This document shows positions 19,361 through 30,623 of a DNA stretch of 64,000 bases, one piece after another. The stretch spans positions 124,001 to 188,000 of the forward strand of contig CDROCS010002105.1 of assembly GCA_977020255.1 (NCBI GenBank), written 5' to 3'. Under the pieces are notes generated by a model. The model searched no databases. It was not told the DNA's origin and saw nothing but the letters and a program-made list of their open reading frames with translations. Both the position numbers and the translations under genes were made by a program. Positions within the stretch are counted from its first letter, which is position 1, and the number at the start of each line of letters is the position of its first letter. This DNA comes from Obrimoposthia wandeli. Taxonomy: Eukaryota.

Positions 19361-21367
19361 TTATGCTTTTTCTTCTTCTTTCTCTGTTGCATCTGAATCA
19401 ACTTCAGGTGCGGGAAATTGCTGGACGGGTTTAGCAACAAGTTGACGTGTTGCTGTGCGAATTTCCGCTAGCTTCACTTCAAAAGTATCACCTAGTTGAT
19501 ATTCTTGTACTGTATCAATAGAAACAGTACCTAAATCGCCGTTACAAACAATACGTTGTTTGTTATCAACAATTAACGAGCCCGGAATAAATGCCGAAGC
19601 ACCGATTTCAAGTAAACGAATTCGAATACCAGCACGATTAATATCGAAGATTTCAGCAGTAAAGACTGCCTCATCTTTCACTGCATTTTTTAGCAAGCGA
19701 ATGTAAAGCCAATCAGCAACGCCACGCTCTGCCATACGGTGTGTACGACGGTGTAATGCAATCTCTTCACCTACCGTATCGTCAGGTTTTTGAGAGGGCT
19801 CGTTACCGGTAATAACAGCTTTGAGCAGGCGGTGGTTAATCATATCGCCATACTTACGAATAGGAGATGTCCATGTCGCGTAAGCATCTAATCCCATAGC
19901 GTAATGCGGAGCAGGTTGATTACCCACTTCACTGTAAGCTTGGAATTTACGTAGGCGGTTATCTAAATACGTTGAATCAAGTGTATTTAACCAACGGCGA
20001 AGCGCACTGAAACCTTCAAGGGTTTTCAGTTCTTCTTTTTCAAATGGCGCTTCAACTTTTTGCAGGAATTCCATCGCGGTATCAAGCTTTTCAGGATGGA
20101 AACCATTATGAATATTGAAAACACCTGTACCGAACTTATCTCTTAATACTCGACCCGCACAAATGTTCGCTGTAATCATTGCTTCTTCGATCATGCGATT
20201 TGAAGTACGGCGAGGATCGGTATGAATGGCAACAACATCGTTGTCTTCACTGAGTTCGAAACGGTAATCTGGACGATCAGGGAATACTACTGCGTTATTT
20301 GAACGCCACTTGCTACGTACATTAGCAAATTGGTGAAGCGCATTGATTTGTTCTGCAATAACGTCGTTAGCCATTAACTTTTCTGACTGACCTTTTTCAA
20401 TCAGATCAGATACATCGTCATACGCTAAACGAGCCTGAGATTTAATCCATGCAGCAAAGAACGTGATATCGTCTTGAATAACACCTTCATTATCAACCGT
20501 TACACGACAACAAATAACAGGGCGTTTCTCGTTTTCAATCAATGAACATAGTTCATCGCTTAACTCACGAGGAAGCATTGGGATATTACGACCAGGTAGA
20601 TAAACGGTGAATCCGCGCTTACGGGCTTCATCATCCATTTTATCGCCAACAGAAATGTAAGATGTTGGATCGGCAATCGCAATCGTGATTTCGAAGTTAC
20701 CGTCATCTTTCTTAACCGTATGAATAGCATCATCCATATCTTTGGTTGATTCACCATCGATAGTAATGAATGGAATGTCAGTTAAGTCTTGACGTTCAAG
20801 GCCTTCATCTAACATGTTCCAGCTATCTTGCGGTGCTGGCTCTGCGTTAGGCAGTTCATGGCGAGCAAGTGTTACCCACCATGGTGCAATTTTATCGTTA
20901 CTGTCAGTGATTTTTTCATTAATAACACAAGTAAACGGTTTGTTTGCGTTTGTTAGTGGGTGGCTATTTAAATTCGCTACAACCCAGTCACCTTCCTTCA
21001 GGTTCTCTGGGTTCAACCCTTTCATAGCACGCGACTTTATTGCGTCTTTTAATTGTGGATGATCAGGCACAACGTTTAATCGGTTGTGTATCATCTTCAC
21101 GCGACCAATAAAGCGTGTCAGGTTCTGTTCTACCAGTTCCTGAGGTTCAGCTACTTCACGCTCTTTTTCTGTACGAATCACAGCAATCACGCGGTCACCG
21201 TGCATTACGTTTTTCATATAGTTAGGCGGAATAAAAAAGCTTTCTTTATTATCAGTTTCTAGAAAGCCAAAGCCACGGTCAGTCGCTTTTACGTTACCTT
21301 CTTTTTTAGGAAGGGTTTCTTGAATTTGTTTTTTAAGCTGTGCTAGCAGCGGATTATCTTGAAACAT
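19361..21367 (-). CDS. rnb: Exoribonuclease II
   Basis: Start re-called [12 protein letters not shown]; [22 protein letters not shown]. Confidence 0.97.
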   Translation of the reverse strand: MFQDNPLLAQLKKQIQETLPKKEGNVKATDRGFGFLETDNKESFFIPPNYMKNVMHGDRVIAVIRTEKEREVAEPQELVEQNLTRFIGRVKMIHNRLNVVPDHPQLKDAIKSRAMKGLNPENLKEGDWVVANLNSHPLTNANKPFTCVINEKITDSNDKIAPWWVTLARHELPNAEPAPQDSWNMLDEGLERQDLTDIPFITIDGESTKDMDDAIHTVKKDDGNFEITIAIADPTSYISVGDKMDDEARKRGFTVYLPGRNIPMLPRELSDELCSLIENEKRPVICCRVTVDNEGVIQDDITFFAAWIKSQARLAYDDVSDLIEKGQSEKLMANDVIAEQINALHQFANVRSKWRSNNAVVFPDRPDYRFELSEDNDVVAIHTDPRRTSNRMIEEAMITANICAGRVLRDKFGTGVFNIHNGFHPEKLDTAMEFLQKVEAPFEKEELKTLEGFSALRRWLNTLDSTYLDNRLRKFQAYSEVGNQPAPHYAMGLDAYATWTSPIRKYGDMINHRLLKAVITGNEPSQKPDDTVGEEIALHRRTHRMAERGVADWLYIRLLKNAVKDEAVFTAEIFDINRAGIRIRLLEIGASAFIPGSLIVDNKQRIVCNGDLGTVSIDTVQEYQLGDTFEVKLAEIRTATRQLVAKPVQQFPAPEVDSDATEKEEEKA

Positions 21368-21934
21368 TATGCTCGGTCTCAGAATATTAACCCAGACACT
21401 ATACGTATTTGGGGCGCTAAAACCAAGATTGTAGAATGTATATTTTGTGAAGATTTGTGCCATTGTCGCTAAACGGTGGGTTTTCTATCTACATATAGGA
21501 TCAAAAGAAGATAATAGATATAACGCTATCCTCCTTATACTACCTACAAAATGGTGATTGCTCTCTTCTATATGCGGTATCTTTTGAGTCACTGTGTTTT
21601 ATCAAGCAATAAAGTGAGCAATAAAATGCCATTGCCACATTTATAGTCTGTGTTTCTATAAGAGTAATAAGGTGAAGACCTGCTTTTACTCAGCGAAGCA
21701 GTGCCAATAAGAAGTTATGCTCATAAGTGTAATGACCAAGACGCATGCTTTTTGTCTAAATAGTAAGTATTTGGAAGTTATTTTGTGACAGCCTTCAATT
21801 TTTTCTGGTGTTTTATCGCGTAATGGAGCAGAATACGCGCCTCATATCGTCGAGGCCCATGCTTGTGGTTGCTATTGCAGAACTTGTAAAGCAGAAGGGG
21901 CCCCGTTTACGTTAGATTATTTATTGGGATCCCA

Positions 21935-23836
21935 ATGCCAGAATCTGTTACAGAATTTCGCCAATTAGAATTGGCTGACACACTTTTATCTGCTCTTGAC
22001 TCAATGGGCTTCGTTTCACCAACGCCTATTCAGGCAGCATCGATTCCTCTACTTCTTACTGGTGTTGATGCACTTGGTAAGGCACAGACGGGTACTGGTA
22101 AAACGGCTGCGTTTTCACTACCTGTTCTTAATAAAGTAGATCTTTCTCAGCATAAGCCTCAGGCTATCGTAATGGCTCCGACACGTGAGCTTGCGATTCA
22201 GGTTGCTGCAGAAATCAAAGTCCTTGGTCAGAACATTAAAGGGCTTAAAGTTTTAGAGATTTACGGTGGAGCTTCTATCGTTGATCAAATGCGTGGACTT
22301 AAAAATGGTGCTCACATTGTTGTCGGTACTCCAGGTCGTGTTAAAGACCTAATTTCACGTGATCGTCTGCACCTTGATGAAGTTAGTACGTTCGTACTAG
22401 ATGAAGCTGACGAAATGTTGAAAATGGGCTTTGTTGATGACGTTACTTGGATCATGGAACAAGCTCCATCATCTGCACAGCGTGTATTGTTCTCGGCTAC
22501 TATGCCTCCAATCGTAAAGCAAATTGTTGACCGTTTCCTACGTAACCCAGAGCGCATTGACGTAGCTGGCGAAAACCGTACTGTAGAGCAAGTTGCACAG
22601 CAGTTCTGGATCGTTAAAGGCGTAGAAAAAGACGAAGCAATGATTCGTATGCTTGAAACTGAAGAGAACATCGATGCGTCAATCGTATTCGTTCGTACTC
22701 GTCAAGATACTGAGCGTCTAGCTGATTGGTTATCTGCACGTGGTTGTAAAGCAGCAGCTCTACACGGTGATATTCCTCAGTCTTTACGTGAGCGTACTGT
22801 TGACCATATTAAACGTGGTGTTATCGACGTTCTTGTTGCAACTGATGTTGTTGCTCGTGGTCTTGATGTTCAGCGTATTACGCACGTATTTAACTACGAC
22901 ATTCCGTTCGATGTAGAATCTTACATCCACCGTATCGGTCGTACTGGTCGTGCTGGACGTTCTGGTAAAGCGATCCTATTGGTTCGTACAAACCAGATTC
23001 GTATGCTACGTACTATCGAACGTGTAACTAAATCTCGTATGGAAGAAATTCAACTTCCAAACCGTGATGCAGTTGCTGCTGCTCGCTTGACTCGTTTAGG
23101 TCAAGAGCTAGAATCGCAAAAAGAACAAGCAACGCTTGAAGCTTTTGTTGAGCTAGTAGGTAAGCTACAAGAAACTATTGGTGTTGATGCACCAACGCTT
23201 GCAGCGATGCTTCTTCAGCGTCAACAAGGTAACCGTCCTTTATTCTATAAAGGTCCGGACCCAATGATTGCAGCTATTGATCGTGAACAGCAACGTCGTG
23301 AACGTCGTGGTAACGATGACCGTGGTGATCGTGGTGACCGTGGTACTCGCAGCGAACGCGGTGGCGAACGTGGTGGCGAGCGTCGTTCAAACAACAGTGC
23401 TGATTGGGATACTTACCAATTACAAGTTGGCCGTGAGCAAGGCATTCAGGTTAAAGATATCGTTGGCGCAATCGCAAACGAACTTGGTCTAAGCAAAGAA
23501 TTCATTGGTGCTATTAAACTAGCTCCTTCGCATACTTTTGTTCAGCTTCCTAAGAAGATGTCTGCAGAAGTTTCAGCACAACTTAAGAAGCTACGCATTC
23601 GTCAAAACGATGTAAAAGCTGTTGTTGTTGAAGGTGAAGTTCTTCGCGAACACCGTCCACGTAACAGTGGTAGCCGTGATGGCGGCCGTGGTGGATACCG
23701 TGGTAAAAGTGATAGCAACGGTGGCGAGCGTCGTTTCGACCGCAACCGTGGTAGCGACAACCGTGGTGGAAGCCGTGGTAGCGCAAGCAGCGACCGTCCA
23801 CGTCGTCCAAGCGGTGAGCGTACCAACAACGCTTAA
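21935..23836 (+). CDS. deaD: Cold-shock DEAD-box RNA helicase
   Basis: AQTGTGKT, LDEADEM, SAT, HRIGRTGRAG, DbpA-type domain, RG-rich tail. Confidence 0.95.
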   Translation: MPESVTEFRQLELADTLLSALDSMGFVSPTPIQAASIPLLLTGVDALGKAQTGTGKTAAFSLPVLNKVDLSQHKPQAIVMAPTRELAIQVAAEIKVLGQNIKGLKVLEIYGGASIVDQMRGLKNGAHIVVGTPGRVKDLISRDRLHLDEVSTFVLDEADEMLKMGFVDDVTWIMEQAPSSAQRVLFSATMPPIVKQIVDRFLRNPERIDVAGENRTVEQVAQQFWIVKGVEKDEAMIRMLETEENIDASIVFVRTRQDTERLADWLSARGCKAAALHGDIPQSLRERTVDHIKRGVIDVLVATDVVARGLDVQRITHVFNYDIPFDVESYIHRIGRTGRAGRSGKAILLVRTNQIRMLRTIERVTKSRMEEIQLPNRDAVAAARLTRLGQELESQKEQATLEAFVELVGKLQETIGVDAPTLAAMLLQRQQGNRPLFYKGPDPMIAAIDREQQRRERRGNDDRGDRGDRGTRSERGGERGGERRSNNSADWDTYQLQVGREQGIQVKDIVGAIANELGLSKEFIGAIKLAPSHTFVQLPKKMSAEVSAQLKKLRIRQNDVKAVVVEGEVLREHRPRNSGSRDGGRGGYRGKSDSNGGERRFDRNRGSDNRGGSRGSASSDRPRRPSGERTNNA

Positions 23837-23873
23837 TCTGCTATAAGTCACGTACTAAAATACGATGATAAAT

Positions 23874-23903
23874 AAAAAAGCCGCTATTATTAGCGGCTTT
23901 TTT
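23874..23903 (+). terminator. deaD terminator
   Basis: AAAAAAGCCGCTA-TTAT-TAGCGGCTTTTTT. Confidence 0.85.
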
Positions 23904-23925
23904 GTGTCTGAATTTTGTGCTGTTT

Positions 23926-24195
23926 TATAACCAAGTTATTTCAAGATACTCGTTCCCGAGAGAATTAGTAGTGCTCTAGTCAAGACGCGTATTTATAGGT
24001 CTAGCAGTTCGATGCTGACAAGAAGTGACACTAATAGCATGCCAATAAAGCGGCCTTCTGGAATGGTTTAGCGAGTTAACTGTTATCTAAAATGTGCTTG
24101 AAAGGGATGTTATACCTACACATTCCCCTTGAATTAAATATGTTGGGAATACTCTGAAATGGACATAGTGAGGTAGGTTAGGTAACTTGGGTATA
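23926..24195. mobile_element. ~270-bp MITE-like/ERIC-like repeat, copy 1
   Basis: Terminal inverted repeats TATAACCAAGTTA../..TAACTTGGGTATA; colinear similarity with 42374-42612. Confidence 0.7.
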
Positions 24196-24272
24196 TATGG
24201 ATGATTACATGAAAAGTATATCTAGATATGGAAGCTACACTCTATGCCTAGCTTCCATTATATGAGGGGGGA

Positions 24273-25055
24273 TTACACAGCCATGGCTTCAGGCTGTAAA
24301 TACAGCTGCCATGCATTTTGGTATAGGTTTAATGATTCAGTTCGAAGTTTTGCTATCTGTGCTAATTCAAACTCAGAGATATCGCGCTTTTCTACCATGC
24401 TTGCACGTTCGATACGTTGAATCTCTTCATAAATCTTGTGTTCTTCGCCATTTTTTACCGTAGATATTGCGTCTAAGTGAAGTTGAACTTCTGCAATAAC
24501 TTGGCTTTTTGGCAAGCGTACCAGTAACTTAAAATCACGGTAACCAGAAGCTGTCGGATTTTTAAAACGATTTTTAACCGCAACAACAGACACTTCTTTA
24601 TTCAGCAACTCTAATGACTGCATCAAACTCGGTATATCATTTGCTATTAATGAACATCGTGCCAAATCGGTAATACGATTAGTGTTACCTTGTAACTCAG
24701 TCTTGATTTTTTCTTTAGCGCGTTCTTTCGATTTAACGGCTGGCACCAAAGCTTGAGTATTGGAGTGCAATGCTATTTCTCGTACAAGAAGATCTAATTC
24801 TTGTTGGGCATGTGTTGCCGCATAATACAATTGGTTAAAGTTATTATAAGGCTGGGTAATGTTCTGCTCTGTCCAGTTATTGATGCTATATAGACCACTA
24901 AGGCTACGCTGAAAAGACTTCTTACCTTCTTGTGTTTGGTAGGGAGAAACCTCATAGTCAGAATCTGAATATTGAGGCAATGGTGCAGCGATCGAAGTAC
25001 GACCGAAAACGCAAAGGAGAACGAAGAAAGTACGAAGTACAGATTTCATGTGCAT
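24273..25055 (-). CDS. relV: RelV-type small alarmone synthetase, copy 1
   Basis: KSKERAKEK, DLAR, KNRF, SGYRD, EVQLH synthetase motifs; signal-like N-terminus as in RelV. Confidence 0.85.
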   Translation of the reverse strand: MHMKSVLRTFFVLLCVFGRTSIAAPLPQYSDSDYEVSPYQTQEGKKSFQRSLSGLYSINNWTEQNITQPYNNFNQLYYAATHAQQELDLLVREIALHSNTQALVPAVKSKERAKEKIKTELQGNTNRITDLARCSLIANDIPSLMQSLELLNKEVSVVAVKNRFKNPTASGYRDFKLLVRLPKSQVIAEVQLHLDAISTVKNGEEHKIYEEIQRIERASMVEKRDISEFELAQIAKLRTESLNLYQNAWQLYLQPEAMAV

Positions 25056-25308
25056 AAAACAACTCCTGTGAAACCCCTAATAGGGCTTTCCATCAAAAAC
25101 ATACATATAAACGGTGACGTAAAAAGTGTGTATGTGTTCTGCTGGTTTGTTCTAATACTATTCCTCATGTGTTTTGAATGAATACTTATATTAACAAGTA
25201 GACCTGAACATAAGATGAATTTAGAAATATGGCCAAAAATACATTGTTTTTTTGTGATAAAGGCCACACTTTAGCAGCCTTAATGATAGAGAATATAAGA
25301 TGTGGGAA

Positions 25309-26091
25309 TTAACTTACTGCCAAGTTAGGCTGTAAATATTGTTGCCAGACATAACTATAAAGATTCAATGACTGATTGCGTAATTGTTTTATTTTTGCTA
25401 ACTCAATCTCATTTAAATGACGATTGGTAGCATTCGCTGTACGTTCAATTTTTTGAATTTGTTCATATAATTGGTGTTCTTTACCATTTTTAATATCAGA
25501 AATACCTTCTAAATGCAGCTGTATCTCTGCAATATGTTGGCTTTGTGGAAGACGAACCAACATTTTTAAATCTCTATAACCTGATTTTGCAGGTTGTTTG
25601 AAACGATTTTTCACTTCCACAATCGTGACTTCTTTACTTAGAAGCTCAAAAGATTGAACCAAACTACTTATGTCACTGGCAACTAACGATCCTCGTGCTA
25701 GATCTGTTAATTTTTGTACATGTCCATTTAATTCAGTTGCTATCTTATATTCGGCTCTGTCTCGTGATTTAACCCCCGGTGACGAAGCACTTGTATTGGT
25801 AATCATCGATGTTTGTTGAATAAGTTGCTCTAATTCATGTTGAGCAAACTGGGCTTGCAGGTAAAGGGAGTCGAGATCATTCAGAGGTTGTATAATGTTC
25901 GGCTGCCTCCACGTTGGGATAGCATAGAGACCACTTAAAGACCCTTGGAAAGCTTTCTTCGACTCTTGTGCTGATGAGGGAAGATCGGATTCTGAATCGT
26001 TGTAATTGGGAACGCTGGCTACAGCGACAGGGCTACGGCCTAAGACAAATAAAAGAACAAAGCAGGTACGAAGTATAGATTTGGTAACCAT
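25309..26091 (-). CDS. relV: RelV-type small alarmone synthetase, copy 2
   Basis: KSRDRAEYK, DLAR, KNRF, SGYRD, EIQLH; start re-called to ATG 26091 (RBS AGAGGAG). Confidence 0.85.
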   Translation of the reverse strand: MVTKSILRTCFVLLFVLGRSPVAVASVPNYNDSESDLPSSAQESKKAFQGSLSGLYAIPTWRQPNIIQPLNDLDSLYLQAQFAQHELEQLIQQTSMITNTSASSPGVKSRDRAEYKIATELNGHVQKLTDLARGSLVASDISSLVQSFELLSKEVTIVEVKNRFKQPAKSGYRDLKMLVRLPQSQHIAEIQLHLEGISDIKNGKEHQLYEQIQKIERTANATNRHLNEIELAKIKQLRNQSLNLYSYVWQQYLQPNLAVS

Positions 26092-26406
26092 TAAAACTCC
26101 TCTAGACACATTACTTTGAGATTAAAACTGCTAAGTAGTGCGAGTTCGGATGAACAACATATCTGTATACTTAAGATATCTGTCTTCATTATCTTGTTTC
26201 AATGGGGGAATAGGTAAAATGAGAGGTTGTAATATTCAGGTTGTGATGTGCTTCCCATCGTGTACATTTTGACTGATTCATATCACTTGAGATCCCCCTT
26301 AAGGTGTAACGGAATATGTCATTATCAATGATGGGTATACCACTTAGCGGTTACCATTGCTTAGTGGTAAACTAACTTTGTTTTCTTATTTATTAATGGA
26401 TGAATT

Positions 26407-26736
26407 GTGCAGCAGGATCTAGCAATTGTATTTGTAGTTATTTGGTTGGGGTTAACCGTTGGCAGTGTAATGCTGTTCCAACGTGGTTCTGATGTAAAGC
26501 GTAAACGTAAACTGTGGCCAATTTATACCATCTTCTCTAACACTGTGATTGGTGGGTTCATTATTTATATGCAGCCGCCAATTTTACTCATGTTTTGTTT
26601 GTTGGCTTTACTTATTCCAGTGACCTTCTTAACTATTCGTGCGACTAAATTTTGTGAAGCGTGTGGGCGTGTTACACGGACGCCATTTTTCTTAAAGCCA
26701 GCAATGAAGTGCAGCCATTGTCAAAAGCCCCTGTAA
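26407..26736 (+). CDS. Small membrane protein with a C-terminal CxxC..CxxC zinc ribbon
   Basis: Three hydrophobic segments; CEAC..CSHC. Confidence 0.7.
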   Translation: MQQDLAIVFVVIWLGLTVGSVMLFQRGSDVKRKRKLWPIYTIFSNTVIGGFIIYMQPPILLMFCLLALLIPVTFLTIRATKFCEACGRVTRTPFFLKPAMKCSHCQKPL

Positions 26737-26859
26737 CCTTAGTTTACAACAAGATTAGTTAACGGCAACATTAGGTAACGACGTAAATGTTGCAGGCTCA
26801 GAAAGTAAACTTGGTTTTGGCTTATAGTTGAAACCAAGTTTACTGTTGTTTTTAAGTTA

Positions 26860-27225
26860 TTAGCCCACGTATGCACTTTTTGTAATAAGTGGATCGGCAC
26901 TAAAGTTAATACCTACCCAACCATATTTCATAAAATTGCGAATATTCATGTGATCAACGTTGTCGGGGTTTTGCAATACAGCAATACGATAGAAGTTGCC
27001 AAAACATGCTAGGGTTTCCGCTTCAGATAATTCATGCTTTTTAGCGAAAGAGAAGATACGGCAAGAACCTTCATTAGTGCCTATGTCGTTAGTGAGTGTT
27101 TCATTACCTAAACCATTTGTAAAAGTTGTTGGTGAAAATTCATAATACGCATTAATGGTATCAATGACTGTTTCAAATTCGATAGATTCAGGGCTCGTTC
27201 TTAATCTATGGATAAGCGCTTCCAT
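26860..27225 (-). CDS. HopJ-like family protein
   Basis: YEFSPTTFTNG, NEGSCRIFSFA, CFGNFYR, HMNIRNFMKYGW. Confidence 0.85.
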   Translation of the reverse strand: MEALIHRLRTSPESIEFETVIDTINAYYEFSPTTFTNGLGNETLTNDIGTNEGSCRIFSFAKKHELSEAETLACFGNFYRIAVLQNPDNVDHMNIRNFMKYGWVGINFSADPLITKSAYVG

Positions 27226-27354
27226 GGCTTTATCTCTCCAAAATTTATGGTGTTTGGTTTTCTACCATACCGATTAGTTTATTAAGGAATAAAAAAGGGC
27301 TATAACAGCCCCTTGTCCATATTTTTATGCTATCGCCTAGTGCGACGAAGAGAG

Positions 27355-27747
27355 TTATCTATTTTTTTTAGCTTGTTCTTTTAGTTCGAAATCAAGTTCA
27401 TCAGGGAATACGACTAAGCCGTCTTCATTTTCATTCGGGAAAATAACGATAGCAAGTCCATCGTCTTCAAGACCATGTGTCCAGCGGCTGTGCCATTTAT
27501 TTATTGAGATAGCTTCCGCTTTACATGTTTCCCATTCGCCTGTTGCCCAAGCTTCTGCGAATTCTTTGTTTGGCCATACTGGAACACAATCTTCGTCATC
27601 TGTATTCAGCATGACGCAGCCATGTTCATCAATCAGGATCCAAATTTCACGATTAGTGACAACTTCTTTAACAAGGTATTTGAAACGTTTTTCTGTATCA
27701 TAACCTTGTATCGTTTCGACCATTGTTGGCTCTAAAGGTGTAGACAT
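27355..27747 (-). CDS. DUF2750-family protein
   Basis: CVPVWPNKEFAEAW, WTHGLEDD; start re-called to ATG 27747. Confidence 0.8.
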   Translation of the reverse strand: MSTPLEPTMVETIQGYDTEKRFKYLVKEVVTNREIWILIDEHGCVMLNTDDEDCVPVWPNKEFAEAWATGEWETCKAEAISINKWHSRWTHGLEDDGLAIVIFPNENEDGLVVFPDELDFELKEQAKKNR

Positions 27748-27949
27748 GATTTTGTTCCTGTTGCATCTGAGTATAAGGCCAATATGATAAATCAAAATTG
27801 CACTTTAGTCTTATATTGCATCTGAAAACTTTATGACAAGTTTATACCCGAGGCCCCTTAAGGTGCTTATAGAGGTCACTTTGAACATAAAAAACCGCTA
27901 TGTAAGCGGTTTTTTAAGATCTTGAACCTAGGCCATATAAAGATCGTGA

Positions 27950-28951
27950 CTATTTTAAGGTGTAAGGAATACGGACGGTTAGTTGGAAGTCAGGGGCATC
28001 GGCTGTTAACCCTGCAGATGCACCAACATTGACGGTGGTATCACGACTTACAGCATAGTTAGCACCAACAGAAAGGGAGTCTAACTGTAAAACTTTAGCA
28101 TTAAAGTTTTCAATACCGCTAACCTTAGATTTAAAAATTGTTTTGTGGCTTAAGCCAAGGCTAAAGGAGAATCTAGGGTTAACAGCAAAGCCCATACCGG
28201 CACCAAAAGAAATGGTATCTCCTAGATCAATAGATGTTTCTGTGCCTGCTAAATTAACATCATCTTTAATATTCCAGATATAGCTAGTGTTCATGTAAAT
28301 AACAGCAGGATCAATGGGCATTATCATCGTTAAGCCTGGCTCTATGCTGGGAAAGCCTGAGCCAGTTGGTAAATCTTCAGGCGAACCTTCATACGGTGAG
28401 TCGCCCGTAGTGCTTTTGAAGCGTAAACTACCTATCCAATAAGGGGCGGTATTCATATTAAACTGATACTTAAAACCAGCCTCAATATCACCTAAACCAT
28501 TCCCATCTAAGTCAATTAATTTATCTTCGTCTTGGCCTATACCAGCAGAACGCTCAGAAATAGAATCGCTTCTATATATCCAAGGGATTCGCACCTCGAC
28601 TTCTAATCGGTTTGTTATGCCGTAACGACCAGATAGACCAAATGTTAGTGTTGTTCTATCAATATCACTCGCTTGTATTAATCCCACAATTAAAGAGGGG
28701 AGTACCGAGTAACCAACAACAGAGATAGTATTTGAAGAATTTTGCGTATAAGACAGTGAGGAATCTATAACAAATGATCCCCTTGGGGTTAATACGCCTG
28801 GTTGTTCAAAAATATCTGCAACTGTTTGAACACGCTTAGGTTTTTCTTCTTTAGCCTTTTCATTAGGTTCTGCATCCTCAGCTGCAACAACAGCTGTACT
28901 AGAACATAAAGCAAGAAGTGCAATCAGGCTTTTATATTTGAATTCTTTCAC
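27950..28951 (-). CDS. Outer-membrane beta-barrel transporter, FapF-like
   Basis: GTG start with RBS GAGG, signal peptide, RYGITNRLEVEVRIPW, GNGLGDIEAG, LPTGSGF, GLTADAPDF, C-terminal RIPY; divergent from the subunit genes. Confidence 0.8.
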   Translation of the reverse strand: MKEFKYKSLIALLALCSSTAVVAAEDAEPNEKAKEEKPKRVQTVADIFEQPGVLTPRGSFVIDSSLSYTQNSSNTISVVGYSVLPSLIVGLIQASDIDRTTLTFGLSGRYGITNRLEVEVRIPWIYRSDSISERSAGIGQDEDKLIDLDGNGLGDIEAGFKYQFNMNTAPYWIGSLRFKSTTGDSPYEGSPEDLPTGSGFPSIEPGLTMIMPIDPAVIYMNTSYIWNIKDDVNLAGTETSIDLGDTISFGAGMGFAVNPRFSFSLGLSHKTIFKSKVSGIENFNAKVLQLDSLSVGANYAVSRDTTVNVGASAGLTADAPDFQLTVRIPYTLK

Positions 28952-29078
28952 GATTTCCTCACTTCAATACAAAGGTAGTCCATAAAAAAATGTAAGTCGG
29001 TAACAAAATAATACCAACCAATAGAAAAAGCGTAGTAGATGATAAGTTAAGCTGTTAGTTATTTGTCTCAGAATAATG

Positions 29079-29092
29079 TCTTATATCTGAGA
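29079..29092. promoter_or_regulatory. Putative VpsR-type operator
   Basis: TCTTA-TATC-TGAGA, 9/10 match to TCTCA-N4-TGAGA, with an extra TGTCTCA half-site at 29064, inside the AT-rich divergent promoter region. Confidence 0.45.
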
Positions 29093-29326
29093 TGGAGGTG
29101 AAACAATCTTATAAATGATAAATGTAATATTTATGAGTCATTGTTTTTTTATTTGGAATATTTAATATATAAATTATAGAAATAAAAATTAATTTTTTAT
29201 ATTTAAAAAATTTCGAAGTTATTAAAAATAATACAAGGATATAATTTTACAACACTACTATTAAGTTATCTCGCAGCACATTGCGGGTAACAATAAAAAA
29301 ACAACAAACATATTTGGAGTAACACT

Positions 29327-30043
29327 ATGCGTAAAACTAATCTCGCACTTCTTGTGGCAATTGTTGTTAGTTCACCAATGGCATTCGCTTACGGTGGTGG
29401 TGGCGGCTATAACCAACAGGCACCAGTAAATTCAGACAATAATAATACTGATGTATATAAGGATAACGTCGGTAATAAAGACATCACATATACTTCAGAA
29501 GATAGCCATGACGTAAATCTCGATGTTGATGATTCATTTAATCATGAATCGAATTACGATAGCACGAAAGATATTGAGACAAATTATACCAAAAATGTGA
29601 GTCATGATTATGATAATGACACATTAAGAATGAAAAATATCAATAACGACGAAAGTTACTACAACCAAGATAACAGCGATAATAGTACAGTTTGGAAAGA
29701 GACTCTTAATGTAACAGAAGATATTAGCTGGGATGTTAATTTAGAAGAGAACCATTATGTATCAACCTCTTATTTAAGTGGTTATGTTACTGACAACGAA
29801 GTGACATATGGTGGTGCATGTTGTGACGGTGATGGTGGCAGTGGAGGTTATGGTCATCGTGGCGGTTATAATGATCATGATGATGATGGTGGAATGGGCG
29901 GTGACTTCTTTGTTGACCAGTCTAACTCTATGATGGATTCATTTAATGGTTCTTCCGGTATCAGCATGGCTGGTCAAAATGCGGGTAATAACTCAATGCT
30001 TCAGCAAAGTGCTAGCACAAATGCTGTTCTTGTTGGTTATTAG
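29327..30043 (+). CDS. Secreted D/N/S/T-rich putative fibre/amyloid subunit A
   Basis: Sec signal; DSFN/DSH/DNSDNS motifs; TYGGACCD; C-terminal SFNGSSGISMAGQNAGNNSMLQQ Fap-like repeat. Confidence 0.75.
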   Translation: MRKTNLALLVAIVVSSPMAFAYGGGGGYNQQAPVNSDNNNTDVYKDNVGNKDITYTSEDSHDVNLDVDDSFNHESNYDSTKDIETNYTKNVSHDYDNDTLRMKNINNDESYYNQDNSDNSTVWKETLNVTEDISWDVNLEENHYVSTSYLSGYVTDNEVTYGGACCDGDGGSGGYGHRGGYNDHDDDGGMGGDFFVDQSNSMMDSFNGSSGISMAGQNAGNNSMLQQSASTNAVLVGY

Positions 30044-30086
30044 ATAATTACTGGGAATTACTGAGTGTAATTCTCAGGAGGATGTT

Positions 30087-30419
30087 ATGAAATATTTAAC
30101 ACTGATAGTTGCAGTATTCATTACCTGTAGTGCAGCAGCAGATGAGTTGGATATTCTAGCAAGTTCTGAAATGCTAAGCGATACATCTATGAATCAATCT
30201 CGTGGCGGTCAATATGAGCTGAACATAGATGTAATGCATGCTGAATCAGACATGTACGGTGATGTTCAAGGAAATGGTGCCTACAATAATACGACAGGTG
30301 CCAATATGATAACTGAAGGTGCATTTGGTGAATCATCTGGTATTTTTAATGTGGTTCAAAATACTGGTAATAATGTTCTCATCCAAAATGCAACTGTAGT
30401 TAACTTGACGTTGAAGTAA
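30087..30419 (+). CDS. Secreted minor/nucleator-like subunit
   Basis: Signal; LSDTSMNQSRGG; AFGESSGIFNVVQNTGNNVLIQNATVVN. Confidence 0.75.
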   Translation: MKYLTLIVAVFITCSAAADELDILASSEMLSDTSMNQSRGGQYELNIDVMHAESDMYGDVQGNGAYNNTTGANMITEGAFGESSGIFNVVQNTGNNVLIQNATVVNLTLK

Positions 30420-30623
30420 ACTGTTAGTGTATCTAAGCTGACATATGAATAATATGTCAGCGACGACTCTACAGACCATTAATTAGGGGTTGTTTTATAG
30501 GGACTAACATCATTACTTAATACATGATTGCTTTTTATAATTAGCATTGTGTCTAATAGATATAATTAATAAACCCTGTGTTCTAGTTATTACAATAATA
30601 AATGACATATTCGGAGTAATATC

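Noticed and set aside
23268-23851. Several Thr/Val/His-rich ORFs over the deaD tail that look like low-complexity proteins or a repeat array
   Set aside because: By-products of the CGT/GGT codon repeats encoding the RG-rich DeaD C-terminus; not CRISPR, not independent genes
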